Shown here piece after piece: positions 30,438 to 40,322 of a DNA stretch of 64,000 nt. The translations under genes and the position numbers were made by a program. Origin of the DNA: an uncultured Acidimicrobiia bacterium (GTDB lineage Bacteria > Acidobacteriota > Terriglobia > Versatilivoradales > Versatilivoraceae); assembly GCA_963786955.1 (NCBI GenBank), contig CAWBAT010000008.1, forward strand, positions 160,001 to 224,000. The letters run 5' to 3'. The notes below the pieces were generated by a model. That model was given only the letters and a program-made list of their open reading frames with translations, had not been told where the DNA came from and did no database searches. Every line of letters begins with the position of its first letter. Position 1 is the stretch's first letter.

Positions 30438-31103
30438 ATGGTGGAGCAGAACTTGCGGCTGGGAATTTTTGGAGGGACCTTCGATCCCGTTCATCGTGGG
30501 CATTTGCAAATTGCTAAGATTGCCCTGCAGTTGGCGACTCTGGACCAGGTGCATTTTGTCACCTCTGTTTATCCGCCGCACAAGTCTGAAAAAAACCACG
30601 CTAACTTCCTCGATCGCCATGCCATGGTGGCCTTGGCAGTGCAAGGACAGAAACACTTTGTCCCGTCCAGTATCGAAGCCAGTCGGCCCGGGAAATCATA
30701 CTCTATTGATACAATCCGCTATTTCAGGCGTTATGCGGGAGAAAAGGGGAAATTATTTTTCATCATCGGGTCGGATGCCTTCCTTGAAATCACGAGTTGG
30801 AAGGATTACGAGCAGTTCCCATCACTGTGCAACTTCCTGGTTTTTGCGCGTCCAGGCTTCACAACAAATGACCTGGGTCACCCGTTTTACAAAAACTTTT
30901 CGTGGAGGCCATTGACGAGAGGTCACGTCTCAGGCAAGAAGGGACCACTCGATCACGGCATGTACTTGGTTCGCTCCTATTCCAGTCCCATTTCGTCAAC
31001 AGGAATTCGGCAGAAGGTCCAGCGGGGACGTTCAATCATCCGCTTTGTCCCCAAGGGAGTCCAAGAGTATATTGAAAAGGTGGGACTCTACCGGAGTGCA
31101 TGA
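30438..31103 (+). CDS. nadD: Nicotinate-nucleotide adenylyltransferase
   Basis: GGTFDPVHRGH; ISSTGIR. Confidence 0.95.
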   Translation: MVEQNLRLGIFGGTFDPVHRGHLQIAKIALQLATLDQVHFVTSVYPPHKSEKNHANFLDRHAMVALAVQGQKHFVPSSIEASRPGKSYSIDTIRYFRRYAGEKGKLFFIIGSDAFLEITSWKDYEQFPSLCNFLVFARPGFTTNDLGHPFYKNFSWRPLTRGHVSGKKGPLDHGMYLVRSYSSPISSTGIRQKVQRGRSIIRFVPKGVQEYIEKVGLYRSA

Positions 31104-31482
31104 TTCTGAGAAGGTCGAGGAAAAAAACTTGCAAATAAACGATCCATTCATACAACGAGCGATTGCAGCCGCGCAGGATAAAAAGGCGCTAGATCTTGTG
31201 CTTCTAGATCTCAATAAAGTTGGGTCATTTACAGATTGCTTTATCATCTGTTCAGGAACATCCGCTCCGCAAAACCAGGCAATTGCAAACGAGATCGAGC
31301 TAAGCCTCAAGAAGATGCAACGACGCCCGAATCATATTGAAGGGTATGGTCAGGCGGAATGGATTCTGTTAGATTATTCCGATTTCATCGTCCATATCCT
31401 ATTGCCGAAGGCCAGGAGTTTTTACAATCTGGAACGGTTGTGGCGAGATGTCCCGAGAATGGATATTCCAGAGGCTGTGTAA
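31096..31482 (+). CDS. rsfS: Ribosome silencing factor (start uncertain)
   Basis: DKKALD; EWILLDY; FYNLERLW. Confidence 0.92.
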   Translation: MHDSEKVEEKNLQINDPFIQRAIAAAQDKKALDLVLLDLNKVGSFTDCFIICSGTSAPQNQAIANEIELSLKKMQRRPNHIEGYGQAEWILLDYSDFIVHILLPKARSFYNLERLWRDVPRMDIPEAV

Positions 31483-31628
31483 GCGAGCTTTTTTTTCTTC
31501 AGGTAGGATGTTCCCCGCAGGCTCTGGCATGAAGGCTATGGCCGTCATCCCGTTTCGAAGGGGGATTCTTTTCGAATCTGCTTTTGGAAATGGCGTTCTA
31601 CCAATCCGGCGGAGGAGTGGGCCCTACA

Positions 31629-32090
31629 GTGAAGATCACCTTGCTTTGGATTGGCAAGACCAAGAATAATTCTCTTCATAGCCTGATTGAAGACTACTGG
31701 AAAAGGCTCAGCCACTTCTGTGAATTGTCTTTGATTGAAATTCGAGCGATTCAAGAAGATGCCCCTAATCGTCTGGTCACCCGGGAAGGGGAAAAAATTC
31801 TCGCTAAAATCCAGCCGGAGGATTTTCTAGTTCTCCTGGATTCTCAAGGGAAGTCCTACACTTCAGAGGAATTCTCCCACCTCGTCTCAACTTACAGAGA
31901 TCGTTCGCTGGCGAAGATAGTGTTTGTCATCGGAGGGCCCAGCGGGGTTTCACCCGCAGTTCGGAAGCGAGCCAACCTTTCGTTCTCCCTGTCTCGTATG
32001 ACCTTCAACCACGACATGGTCAGGCTCTTTTTGCTGGAGCAAGTCTATCGGGCCTTTACCATGATTCACCATATTCCCTACCACAAGTAA
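31629..32090 (+). CDS. rlmH: 23S rRNA m3Psi1915 methyltransferase
   Basis: FVIGGPSG; EQVYRA..PYHK. Confidence 0.95.
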   Translation: MKITLLWIGKTKNNSLHSLIEDYWKRLSHFCELSLIEIRAIQEDAPNRLVTREGEKILAKIQPEDFLVLLDSQGKSYTSEEFSHLVSTYRDRSLAKIVFVIGGPSGVSPAVRKRANLSFSLSRMTFNHDMVRLFLLEQVYRAFTMIHHIPYHK

Positions 32091-32221
32091 TAGAAGTTTG
32101 CCCTACGCGGTTATCGGTGAATTGAAATGGGTTTGGGAGTTCGCGTCTGGAGAAGTGATCGGTTGAACACTCCCCCATGGATATTTATTCTCAATGAGGC
32201 GGTTTGCAAGATTCCGGAGTG

Positions 32222-32263
32222 CCCCTCACCTTCCAGCCCCTCTCCCGCAAGGGGCGAGGGGGG
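32222..32263. repeat. CCCTCTCCC-family palindrome
   Basis: cccctcaccttccagcccctctcccgcaaggggcgagggg. Confidence 0.75.
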
Positions 32264-32430
32264 CCGAGAATTCATTTCTCTTGTTCTATCCCGCGTTGGC
32301 GTGAGGGGTGCTGAAAAATGTGAGTGTTATGGGGAGCGGGGGCCGTTCACTCTTTGGACATTCCCTACTTGGGAAAGGCGATACACAGTGGAGCTCTTGC
32401 GAATCCATGAGTCAAGGTCTACGCCGATGT

Positions 32431-33579
32431 CTACGCCCGACCCCCTGCATGCACCGGATAAACACATTCCTGGCCCTCCTGGAAAAGAGCCAGGACATTT
32501 TCCGGGGGGACATCCGGCTGGATATTGTGGACGGAGGTCAACACATAGCCTCCGTTTTTGCCCATGAGTTCAAACATCCGCTGGACTTCTTGGCTGACCT
32601 GTTCAGGGGAACCCTGAGGGAGAAGGTGGTGGCTGTCTATCCCTCCCCAAAACGTGATCCGATCTCCGAATTCCCGCTTGAGTCGCCCGGGTTCCATGTT
32701 TCTTGCTGTCACTTGGACGGGGTTCAGGGCATCGATTCCCATATCAATGAAATCGTTGAGATACAGATAAACAGAACCGCAGCTGTGGTAGAGCGTTTTG
32801 GCTTTGGTCCTGCTGTGAATGATGTCTAACGCGCGCTCGTGAAAGGGCCGGATGAGCTTGCGATAATTGGCCAACGAACAGATAGGGCGATCCTGCTGGC
32901 CGACGTCATCTCCGAAGGCGACAATGTCGATGAACTCGCCTACTTCTGAAAGTGCCCTAAGGTTGAGCTCGAACAGATTTTCGGCGACAGCTTCCATCAA
33001 ACAATGAAAGAGGTTTTGGTCTTGGGCTAAATCCATGAACCAATTTTCAAAGCCGCGCAGATATTGTGTCATGTGGACGACGTGGAAGCGCGCGTTGTAA
33101 ATCACGGCATATTCGGTCTGTTCGTGAAGCTGCTTGGCCTTTTCTCTCAGACCGCGAAAACGGCCTGGATCGGTCGGATCGGGGAAAGGGTAGCGAGCAA
33201 TGTGCTCAGGGGTAATATTGCCGGACAGCGGACTGGTTTCCATCTCGTAAAAATAACAACCTGGCGGCTTGCGTCGAATCACACCCCACTCGTCCAACCA
33301 GCGTTCCGCATCCAGATCCAAGTCCCCGCCCTCGTCAGGCGGATTCTGTCCGAAAGCTCTGGCATCCACATCCAGATACTGAAGCACCCGCTCATCCATT
33401 TCCACGAGTTGCTGCATCCGGTCAACCATCGGGCCGGTTTCGCCGAACCCCAGATGGCGGCATAGCCTTTCGTAGGCGGGTTTCACCATTCCGGTGAAAC
33501 GTGCGCTGCCCAAGTCCATGGGTACTCGATCCGGTTCCTGATGATTGAGCGCTGCCAGTACCCGTTCTCGATGTGTCAT
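32431..33579 (-). CDS. Uroporphyrinogen decarboxylase-family protein
   Basis: MTHRERVLAALNHQEPDRVP; HSCG; NPVQ; HNIQPDVPPEN. Confidence 0.9.
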   Translation of the reverse strand: MTHRERVLAALNHQEPDRVPMDLGSARFTGMVKPAYERLCRHLGFGETGPMVDRMQQLVEMDERVLQYLDVDARAFGQNPPDEGGDLDLDAERWLDEWGVIRRKPPGCYFYEMETSPLSGNITPEHIARYPFPDPTDPGRFRGLREKAKQLHEQTEYAVIYNARFHVVHMTQYLRGFENWFMDLAQDQNLFHCLMEAVAENLFELNLRALSEVGEFIDIVAFGDDVGQQDRPICSLANYRKLIRPFHERALDIIHSRTKAKTLYHSCGSVYLYLNDFIDMGIDALNPVQVTARNMEPGRLKREFGDRITFWGGIDSHHLLPQGSPEQVSQEVQRMFELMGKNGGYVLTSVHNIQPDVPPENVLALFQEGQECVYPVHAGGRA

Positions 33580-33842
33580 GAGTTTCCTCCGAAGTAGGCC
33601 TTAGCTCCCTACAGGCTGCAATCTAAAATCATTAGATCATAACTGGAAACGCCATTCAGCTTGAAAATCTTAAGCTTTCGTTCGTTAATAGAGTTAGAGG
33701 GGTCAGCCCGGAATGGCTAAAAAACAAGGTTCTTGTATTTTCCAATTTAATGACTATAATACTGCGTTTTATTTCAGTGCCGCCATTCCTTGTGGAATGG
33801 CAGCGTCATCGCACCCAATCAATAGGCTGGGAGTTGCTTAGA

Positions 33843-34205
33843 ATGGATTCAAGAAAATACGATCATTTCAAAAAGAAACTTCAGGAAAAGAAAACCGAAC
33901 TTTTCAAAACAGTTTCGAAAACAGAGCAATATGGGCGTGAGGCCGATGAGGATGCGACTCAGGATATTGCCGACAAGGCTGCCAACTCCTATACCAAGGA
34001 GTTTCTGTTCAGTCAAAGCAGTAATGAGCGAAGTACTCTTCAATTAATAGACGAAGCAATCCAACGGCTTGAGGACGGGAAGTTCGGCTCTTGCGTTGCC
34101 TGCGAAAATGAAATTCAGCAGAAGCGACTTGAAGCAGTTCCTTGGACCAGACACTGCATTGCTTGCCAGGAACTTCAAGAACAAGGTCTTCTTCAAGAAG
34201 AATGA
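33843..34205 (+). CDS. DksA/TraR family zinc-finger protein
   Basis: DIADKA coiled-coil tip; CVAC..RLEAVPW..CIAC. Confidence 0.92.
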   Translation: MDSRKYDHFKKKLQEKKTELFKTVSKTEQYGREADEDATQDIADKAANSYTKEFLFSQSSNERSTLQLIDEAIQRLEDGKFGSCVACENEIQQKRLEAVPWTRHCIACQELQEQGLLQEE

Positions 34206-34242
34206 GGCTCCGGGATTCTCCCCGGCCCGTGCGGAACGATGC

Positions 34243-34995
34243 TTGAAGACTGTATCCCGAACGATTGCGCCACTTGTTGATTCCCTCCTGAGTATTATCT
34301 TTCCTTGTACTTGCCGATTGTGCCACAAGATTGTTGGCGATTCCGCCTTCGGTGTGGTCTGCGAAGACTGCTGGAACAAGATCAAAGCCATCGAGGACCC
34401 CTTCTGCTCAGTTTGTGGTTACCCCTTTGTTTCCAAATGTGTTGAACCGGGTGCACTCTGCGGCAGTTGTCGACATCAACTCTTTGCCTTCGATTTTGCT
34501 CGCTCCTATTCTTCTTTCAGCGATCCGCTAAAAGAAATCATTCACCAATTTAAATACTGCGGCCATCTCAGCCTCGCGCGCCCATTGGGACGACATCTTC
34601 AGGCTGTTTATCATTCTTTTCCAGCGGCTCTCCGTTCCGACGTCATTATACCCGTCCCGCTGCACAAGGCCCGTGAGCGAGAGCGAGGGTTTAACCAGGC
34701 TGCTGAACTGGCAAAGCAGTTGAGTGGCCTCACGCGCATTCCTTTTCAGCCCGGCTGGTTTGTCCGCACGAGACCGACCGAGGTTCAGGCCGGTCTTTCA
34801 CGCCGGCAACGTAGAATGAATCTAAAAGGAGCTTTTCAGGTCTCTCGCCGTGCCGTTCTTGCCAACCGCGACATTTTGCTCTTGGACGATGTGTTTACTA
34901 CCGGAGCAACCCTCAATGAATGTGCTACGATTCTAAAGAGGAGCGGGTGTCGTCGAGTCAATGTTTTGACCATTGCTCGTGTTTCCAGAGACTAA
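34243..34995 (+). CDS. comF: ComF-family phosphoribosyltransferase (start uncertain)
   Basis: Double zinc ribbon; PVPLH..RGFNQA; LLLDDVFTTGAT. Confidence 0.9.
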   Translation: MKTVSRTIAPLVDSLLSIIFPCTCRLCHKIVGDSAFGVVCEDCWNKIKAIEDPFCSVCGYPFVSKCVEPGALCGSCRHQLFAFDFARSYSSFSDPLKEIIHQFKYCGHLSLARPLGRHLQAVYHSFPAALRSDVIIPVPLHKARERERGFNQAAELAKQLSGLTRIPFQPGWFVRTRPTEVQAGLSRRQRRMNLKGAFQVSRRAVLANRDILLLDDVFTTGATLNECATILKRSGCRRVNVLTIARVSRD

Positions 34996-35138
34996 AAGTT
35001 TTCTGAATTCCAATTTTGAAACTATGAATATTTCAGCCTGCTCGCACCTGAAACGAGCACATCTAAAATCAGATTGTGAAAATTGGATATTATGGTTTTT
35101 CGGATCTTTTATTCTGAATCCATCCCCGCGGGGAAGGT

Positions 35139-36319
35139 ATGAAGAAATTCAATTTTGGTTCCCCTCCTTGGTAAGGAGGGGGCGAGGGGGTGGTCGTAAG
35201 CCCTGCTGGACGAACCCCCTGGAGTCCCCCTTAACCAAGAGGGACACTCGCAGAGCCGCACCGAAACCAATTCTTTCGCACCTTCGGGGAACAGGCAAGT
35301 TTTGGACATTATTTTTTTTCACTTTGGGGTTAGGCCCTGGCCTGTTTGCGCTTCCGCAACAGAAGGGAGAAAGCTCAGAGACTTCTGCGGTACCGGTCGT
35401 GGATCATCTCCCCCCCGACTATTTCCCGATGCATCTTGGCGACCGTTGGATTTATTTGAGAACGGATAGTCGTTTTAAGAAATCGGAACAGATTGTTGTC
35501 CAAATCATCAACACTTCAATCATCAAATGGAAGACTTACTATGTCTTCAATCGACTCCCTTTCGTCCCTCGTCTGGAGAATGCCAACAATGTGCTGGTGC
35601 GATATGATCCGGATAACAAGCGCTTCTTGTATCTGTTAGAGGGAAAAGAACTTCCGTTGCTCCCGGTCGGTCTCGGCGTCGCCGCCAAATTCGATGCATC
35701 TGTTGACGAAAACGGGAAACGAGTCTTCAACCGATTGAGTTACCTGACCTGTGTCGACTGTGAAGACCAAGGTATGGAAATGGTGTTTGACCAGGGGATC
35801 GGGGTCACCGCTGTCCTCATCACCTACGCGTGGGGGACGGAAAGCTTTGATATGAGATCAGCCGACGTGAATTTACGGCACTATGGGGAAACCATTCGCG
35901 AGGATCCCAAGAAATCGCCCAAGGGAGCCAATCGTGGAGGGCCGGTGGTCAGCCGTGCCGACCCCGAGATCAGGGTCGAAGTCGAGAAAAGCAACTCAAA
36001 GGCGCACTTGGTGATGCGTGTAAAAAACCCGACCGAAAGTTATTTAAGCCTCCACTTCACCACCAGTCAGACTTACGATTTCATTATTAGGGACAAAGAG
36101 ACCGGAAAAGAAGTGTGGCGTTGGTCAAAGGGAAATTTCTATTCCCGGGTAAGGCGAAATGTCGCCATACTACCCGAAGCGGAATGGCGGTTTGAATTCT
36201 TTTGGGACTTTAAGAACAGCGACAGAGATGAACTCACTCACGGTGTTTACGAGGTCAGCGCCGTATTGACGACACGGGAGCCTCGCGAATCGGAGCCAAT
36301 CACGATCACCGTCCCATGA
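35139..36319 (+). CDS. Secreted protein with C-terminal BsuPI (proteinase inhibitor-like) domain; 5' end uncertain
   Basis: DYFPMHLGDRWIY; LHFTTSQTYDFII..VWRWS; the start region is overlapped by a palindrome at 35160-35245. Confidence 0.65.
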
Positions 36320-36519
36320 GGAATCAATGGGAGTAGGTGACGGGCGTAATTTTTGACCCCACAAGACGGTAGCAACAGGCCTGTTTGCCGGGCGCAACGC
36401 CCCATAAGTTCTAACCAAAGCTTGGATGATGGGTTCATTCCGGAATTCCCGGTTGAGCAGATGACACCCAGAATTGGGAAACGCCAAGATCGCAAAGGTT
36501 GGTAAGAGTAGGAGCCTTC

Positions 36520-36921
36520 ATGTCCGCCGACGAAGTAGCTCAGTACATGAATTCATGAATACGGTGACGTTAACGCCGGGTCGGTGACCCGGCCTACAAC
36601 TTTGTAGGCCGCGTGACCCCACGCGGCTCCTAACCTCAGAAACGTCGCCACAGGGTTGAATGCGAATTTGCTGTTCCGCTAGAGTTTGAAGAGGTGCTTA
36701 TTGAGGTCAGTTAGCGCATCGACATGCGAATCGACCAATTGGTGTTGGTGGAAAACCAGACGGTCGAAAAAGTTCTCCCCATCCACCTCGCTCAGTTGCT
36801 GACATACTTGAAATGGAGCGGCTTGTCTTTGGGGTTGATCATCAATTGGAACATGATTTTGTTACACGACGGCATCCAGCGGGTAGCCAGAAACTATGCG
36901 AAAGAACTGCGGGTAGGATAG
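36520..36921 (+). pseudogene. GxxExxY protein remnant
   Basis: AGGAG plus MSADEVA, interrupted at 36536; resumes RVECEFAVPLEFEEVLIEVS*RIDM..LPIHLAQLLTYLK..LGLIINWN..DGIQRV; TAG at 36712. Confidence 0.8.
36536..36650. mobile_element. Nested palindromic MITE/REPIN-like element, right-truncated
   Basis: tagctcagtac..tacggtgacgttaacgccgggtcggtgacccggcctacaactttgtaggccgcg..acgtcgc; homologous to 52020-52159. Confidence 0.75.
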
Positions 36922-37089
36922 GATCAGGCGGCTGACCGAAGTGGATCCTCTTTTCTTGGCGTGCTTGGCGTTTCGTTCTGCCGACGACAGGCGTGGGCGC
37001 CTGTCGCCACTGAAGACAGTAGCAATGAGCGTCTTCGCCTGTTGTCCGAAGCCAGCGGCTCAGGCTACAGCCGCGGAGAGTCTTGACTT

Positions 37090-38589
37090 CTAAACCCGCC
37101 TAGAGTGCAATTTTCCCGCGAAACCCCACATCATCACCCCATAAAAAGGCAAGAATTGCAGGGCCAGTAGTACCTGATTCTGATGCCATACTCCGAGCGT
37201 CCACCAATCGATCAGTACATAGTAAGAGAGGGCAATCGTAGTACTCAGTAGGAGCCAGGCGGGATTGGGAAAGAAACAGAGGAATGGCACAATCCAAACG
37301 ACATACCAGGGAAACAAATTGGGACTGCAAAGCAGCGTGATGCCGACCATCCAGTAGCATTGTTCTAAGAGACTCGTTTTGCGCGAGAGGGTAAAAGCGA
37401 GCACGGTCAGGACTAAGATCAGAAGAATCAGTTCGGCCAATGCTTCAGAATGGAGCTGCGAAGAAAGGCCTTGATAGAGGAACCCATTGAACCTCCATTT
37501 CTTGCGGTAATGCCAGAGCGCACTGAACATATGGGGGCCTGCCAGCGCGTACGGAAGGCTACCCGTGAAGAGAATGAGTGGAAGAATCCAAAACCTCCCC
37601 AATGGGATCTTACGCAAGAAGAGCGGGACTGTAACGAGGGGATACCATTTGCAGAGGATCGAAGCGCCCAGACTGAATAGCGACCTGTAGGTCAAGCTTC
37701 TTTGATAGAACCAGAGGGACTGGAGAACCAGTGCGACCACCAACACGTCGTGGTGCCCACTCCCCGCAATCTCAACGACAACCAAGGGATTCCACGCATA
37801 CACAATGACCTGCAGTGGGTCTTTTTGATTGGCTCGAAGGAGCAAAAACAAAATCCGAAGGACCCAGAGATCTAGCGCGATGAAAACCAGCTTGAAACCC
37901 CAGACCGATCGAAAGAGAAAAAAAGTCAGCGCGTTGAAGAGTTGCATGAATGGAGGATAAATGGCAGGAACATCTTTATTGTTGACCCTCTCCCAGGTCG
38001 CACTGCGGTAATTTCTGAGGAGCTCGGACTGAGGTGCCACTTGATAAGGATTGAATCCCTCAATCTGAATAGAGCCTTCCCACGCATAACGATAAACATC
38101 ATCCGAGAGAGAAGGGGGAGAAAAGAACATAATCAGTCGAAACACGATGGCGAAAAAAATGATCATCTTAATCATTTTTGCATTTTCTGTCTTCGCTGCC
38201 CTCGACGGGTCTTTCTTCGGAGGAGTGATTGTACCTTCCGAAAGGTTAACAGTGCTAAGTGTCTTCCCCAGAGGAGGCGGATTTGAATCAGACGGATGGG
38301 TCAGGTTGGGGGATTTCGAACCAGTCCCCTGAACATTCGCTATCTTAAGGGAAACAAGGTAGATAATTCCCAAAAGGAGATCGCAAAATAAGAATTCAGG
38401 GACCTTTTGCCTCAAATCTCCCAAACTGTATAGGAAAAGGTACCCCAGGCAGGAGGCCAACCCCCAGCCTATTAAACTGATAAACTGAAGTTGGGAAAGA
38501 ATTTGAGATTGATCTTTCGGGGCAGCAAAGGTATATTTTCTGTTGCTTTGGACAGACTGTATGGGCGAATTTACCGGGGTGAATTCCAT
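37090..38589 (-). CDS. GT87/DUF2029-like integral membrane glycosyltransferase
   Basis: LSDDVYRYAWEG; IYPP; YAWNPL..GSGHHD; FPWY. Confidence 0.85.
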   Translation of the reverse strand: MEFTPVNSPIQSVQSNRKYTFAAPKDQSQILSQLQFISLIGWGLASCLGYLFLYSLGDLRQKVPEFLFCDLLLGIIYLVSLKIANVQGTGSKSPNLTHPSDSNPPPLGKTLSTVNLSEGTITPPKKDPSRAAKTENAKMIKMIIFFAIVFRLIMFFSPPSLSDDVYRYAWEGSIQIEGFNPYQVAPQSELLRNYRSATWERVNNKDVPAIYPPFMQLFNALTFFLFRSVWGFKLVFIALDLWVLRILFLLLRANQKDPLQVIVYAWNPLVVVEIAGSGHHDVLVVALVLQSLWFYQRSLTYRSLFSLGASILCKWYPLVTVPLFLRKIPLGRFWILPLILFTGSLPYALAGPHMFSALWHYRKKWRFNGFLYQGLSSQLHSEALAELILLILVLTVLAFTLSRKTSLLEQCYWMVGITLLCSPNLFPWYVVWIVPFLCFFPNPAWLLLSTTIALSYYVLIDWWTLGVWHQNQVLLALQFLPFYGVMMWGFAGKLHSRRV

Positions 38590-38651
38590 ATTCAGCGAGT
38601 CCTTGGAGAGGATTTGATTTGCCAGATCAATTTACTGAAGGTGAATGAACA

Positions 38652-40244
38652 ATGTTTGGGTTATTAGGACAAGGTCTCTTTTTTCAATTGAAAAAATTCT
38701 TCGTTCCTTCCGGACCGTATAAATATTTTGTCGACCATACCAGGTCCTACTACGCCCTCGACACTTTTGACATCCTGATTTTGGTACCCTACTTTACCAT
38801 ATTGATCATTTTGGCCCTCTATGGCTTGCATCGTTATCAATTGGTTTATCTCTATCTGAAAAACAAGAAGCCCATTTCCGAGCCTGAAAAATTCTCGCAA
38901 CTCCCCACTGTCACCATCCAATTGCCCGTGTATAACGAGATGTATGTAGTGGAACGCCTGGTGGACTCCGTGGCAGCAATCCAGTATCCGAAAGAGTTGC
39001 TGGAAATTCAGCTGCTTGACGATTCAACCGATGAAACAAAATTTATCGCTGAAAAGACCGTCGAGTCCTGGAGGAAACAGGGAGTCGATATTCACTTCAT
39101 CCACCGCGACAATCGGTGGGGTTTCAAAGCCGGAGCGCTTGAAAATGGACTAAGAACAGCCAAGGGACAATTTATCGCAATCTTTGATGCTGACTTCATC
39201 CCGGACCCCGAATTCCTCTATAAGACCATTCACTCCTTTACCAATCCGAAAATTGGCATGGTGCAGACCCGCTGGGGTCACATCAACCGTGATTATAGCC
39301 ATCTCACCCAGGTGGAAGCGATGATTCTGGATGGACATTTTGTTATGGAACATGGAGGGAGATCGAGCTCCGGTAGATTTTTTAACTTCAATGGTACGGC
39401 AGGCATTTGGAGACGGGAAGCCATCGAAGATTCCGGGGGATGGCAGCACGATACTTTGACGGAAGATACCGACCTTAGTTACAGGGCTCAAATGAAAGGC
39501 TGGGAATTTCTCTATCTGTCCAATGTTGTGTGTCCGGCCGAATTGCCGGTCGAAATGACGGACTTCAAGAACCAGCAATTTCGCTGGGCGAAGGGTTTGG
39601 TCCAGACTGCAATTAAGTTACTGCCTCAGATCCTGCGCAGCAACCTCCCGCTTAAAATCAAGTCCGAAGCGGTTTTCCACCTGACCGCAAACTGTTCTTA
39701 CCCGCTTATGGTGATTTTTGCCTTCATCTTTCTGCCCGCTATGATCGTCCGTTTTTATCAGGGCTGGTTTCAGATGTTGCTGATCGACCTGCCCTTGTTC
39801 ATGGCAGCGACGATGTCCGTCTCGTCGTTTTATATGATTTCCCAGCGTGAGCTTTATCCCGATTCCTGGAAAAAGAGGCTTAAATATCTACCTTTCATGA
39901 TGTCGGTCGGGATTGGACTTTCGGTGAGCAATTCCAGAGCTGTGATGGAAGCAATTTTGGGTATCAAGACTTCGTTTAATCGAACCCCGAAATATTGCAT
40001 CGATTCGGCCCAACAAAATCCCCTTCCATCCAGGAAGTATCGTAGAAAAGGGGGTTACACGCCGTATCTCGAGTTGTTTTTGGGAGTCTATTTCGCCATT
40101 ACCGTGATGTATGCGTTCTCGAATGAAAACTACGCCACACTCCCCTTCTTGATGTTGTTTGTCGTCGGTTTCATCTACACAGGGATCATGTCTCTCTTTC
40201 AGAACAATCTGCCGCGCTTCCTGAGTTCGAAGATTCCGCACTGA
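38652..40244 (+). CDS. GT2 cellulose-synthase-like glycosyltransferase
   Basis: QLPVYNE; DDS; FDADF; TED; QQFRW. Confidence 0.92.
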   Translation: MFGLLGQGLFFQLKKFFVPSGPYKYFVDHTRSYYALDTFDILILVPYFTILIILALYGLHRYQLVYLYLKNKKPISEPEKFSQLPTVTIQLPVYNEMYVVERLVDSVAAIQYPKELLEIQLLDDSTDETKFIAEKTVESWRKQGVDIHFIHRDNRWGFKAGALENGLRTAKGQFIAIFDADFIPDPEFLYKTIHSFTNPKIGMVQTRWGHINRDYSHLTQVEAMILDGHFVMEHGGRSSSGRFFNFNGTAGIWRREAIEDSGGWQHDTLTEDTDLSYRAQMKGWEFLYLSNVVCPAELPVEMTDFKNQQFRWAKGLVQTAIKLLPQILRSNLPLKIKSEAVFHLTANCSYPLMVIFAFIFLPAMIVRFYQGWFQMLLIDLPLFMAATMSVSSFYMISQRELYPDSWKKRLKYLPFMMSVGIGLSVSNSRAVMEAILGIKTSFNRTPKYCIDSAQQNPLPSRKYRRKGGYTPYLELFLGVYFAITVMYAFSNENYATLPFLMLFVVGFIYTGIMSLFQNNLPRFLSSKIPH

Positions 40245-40322
40245 CAACTCCATTTGACAATCTGGCATTGGCTCCGGCGAGGAATGCCGGCGCCCAGTTG
40301 AGTTCTAACTTGCGGGACCCTT

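Noticed and set aside
21313-36714. Amber read-through suggested by in-frame TAGs at 21313 and 36712
   Set aside because: Both genes have other lesions, and conserved genes (efp, prs, rplI) end normally at TAG.
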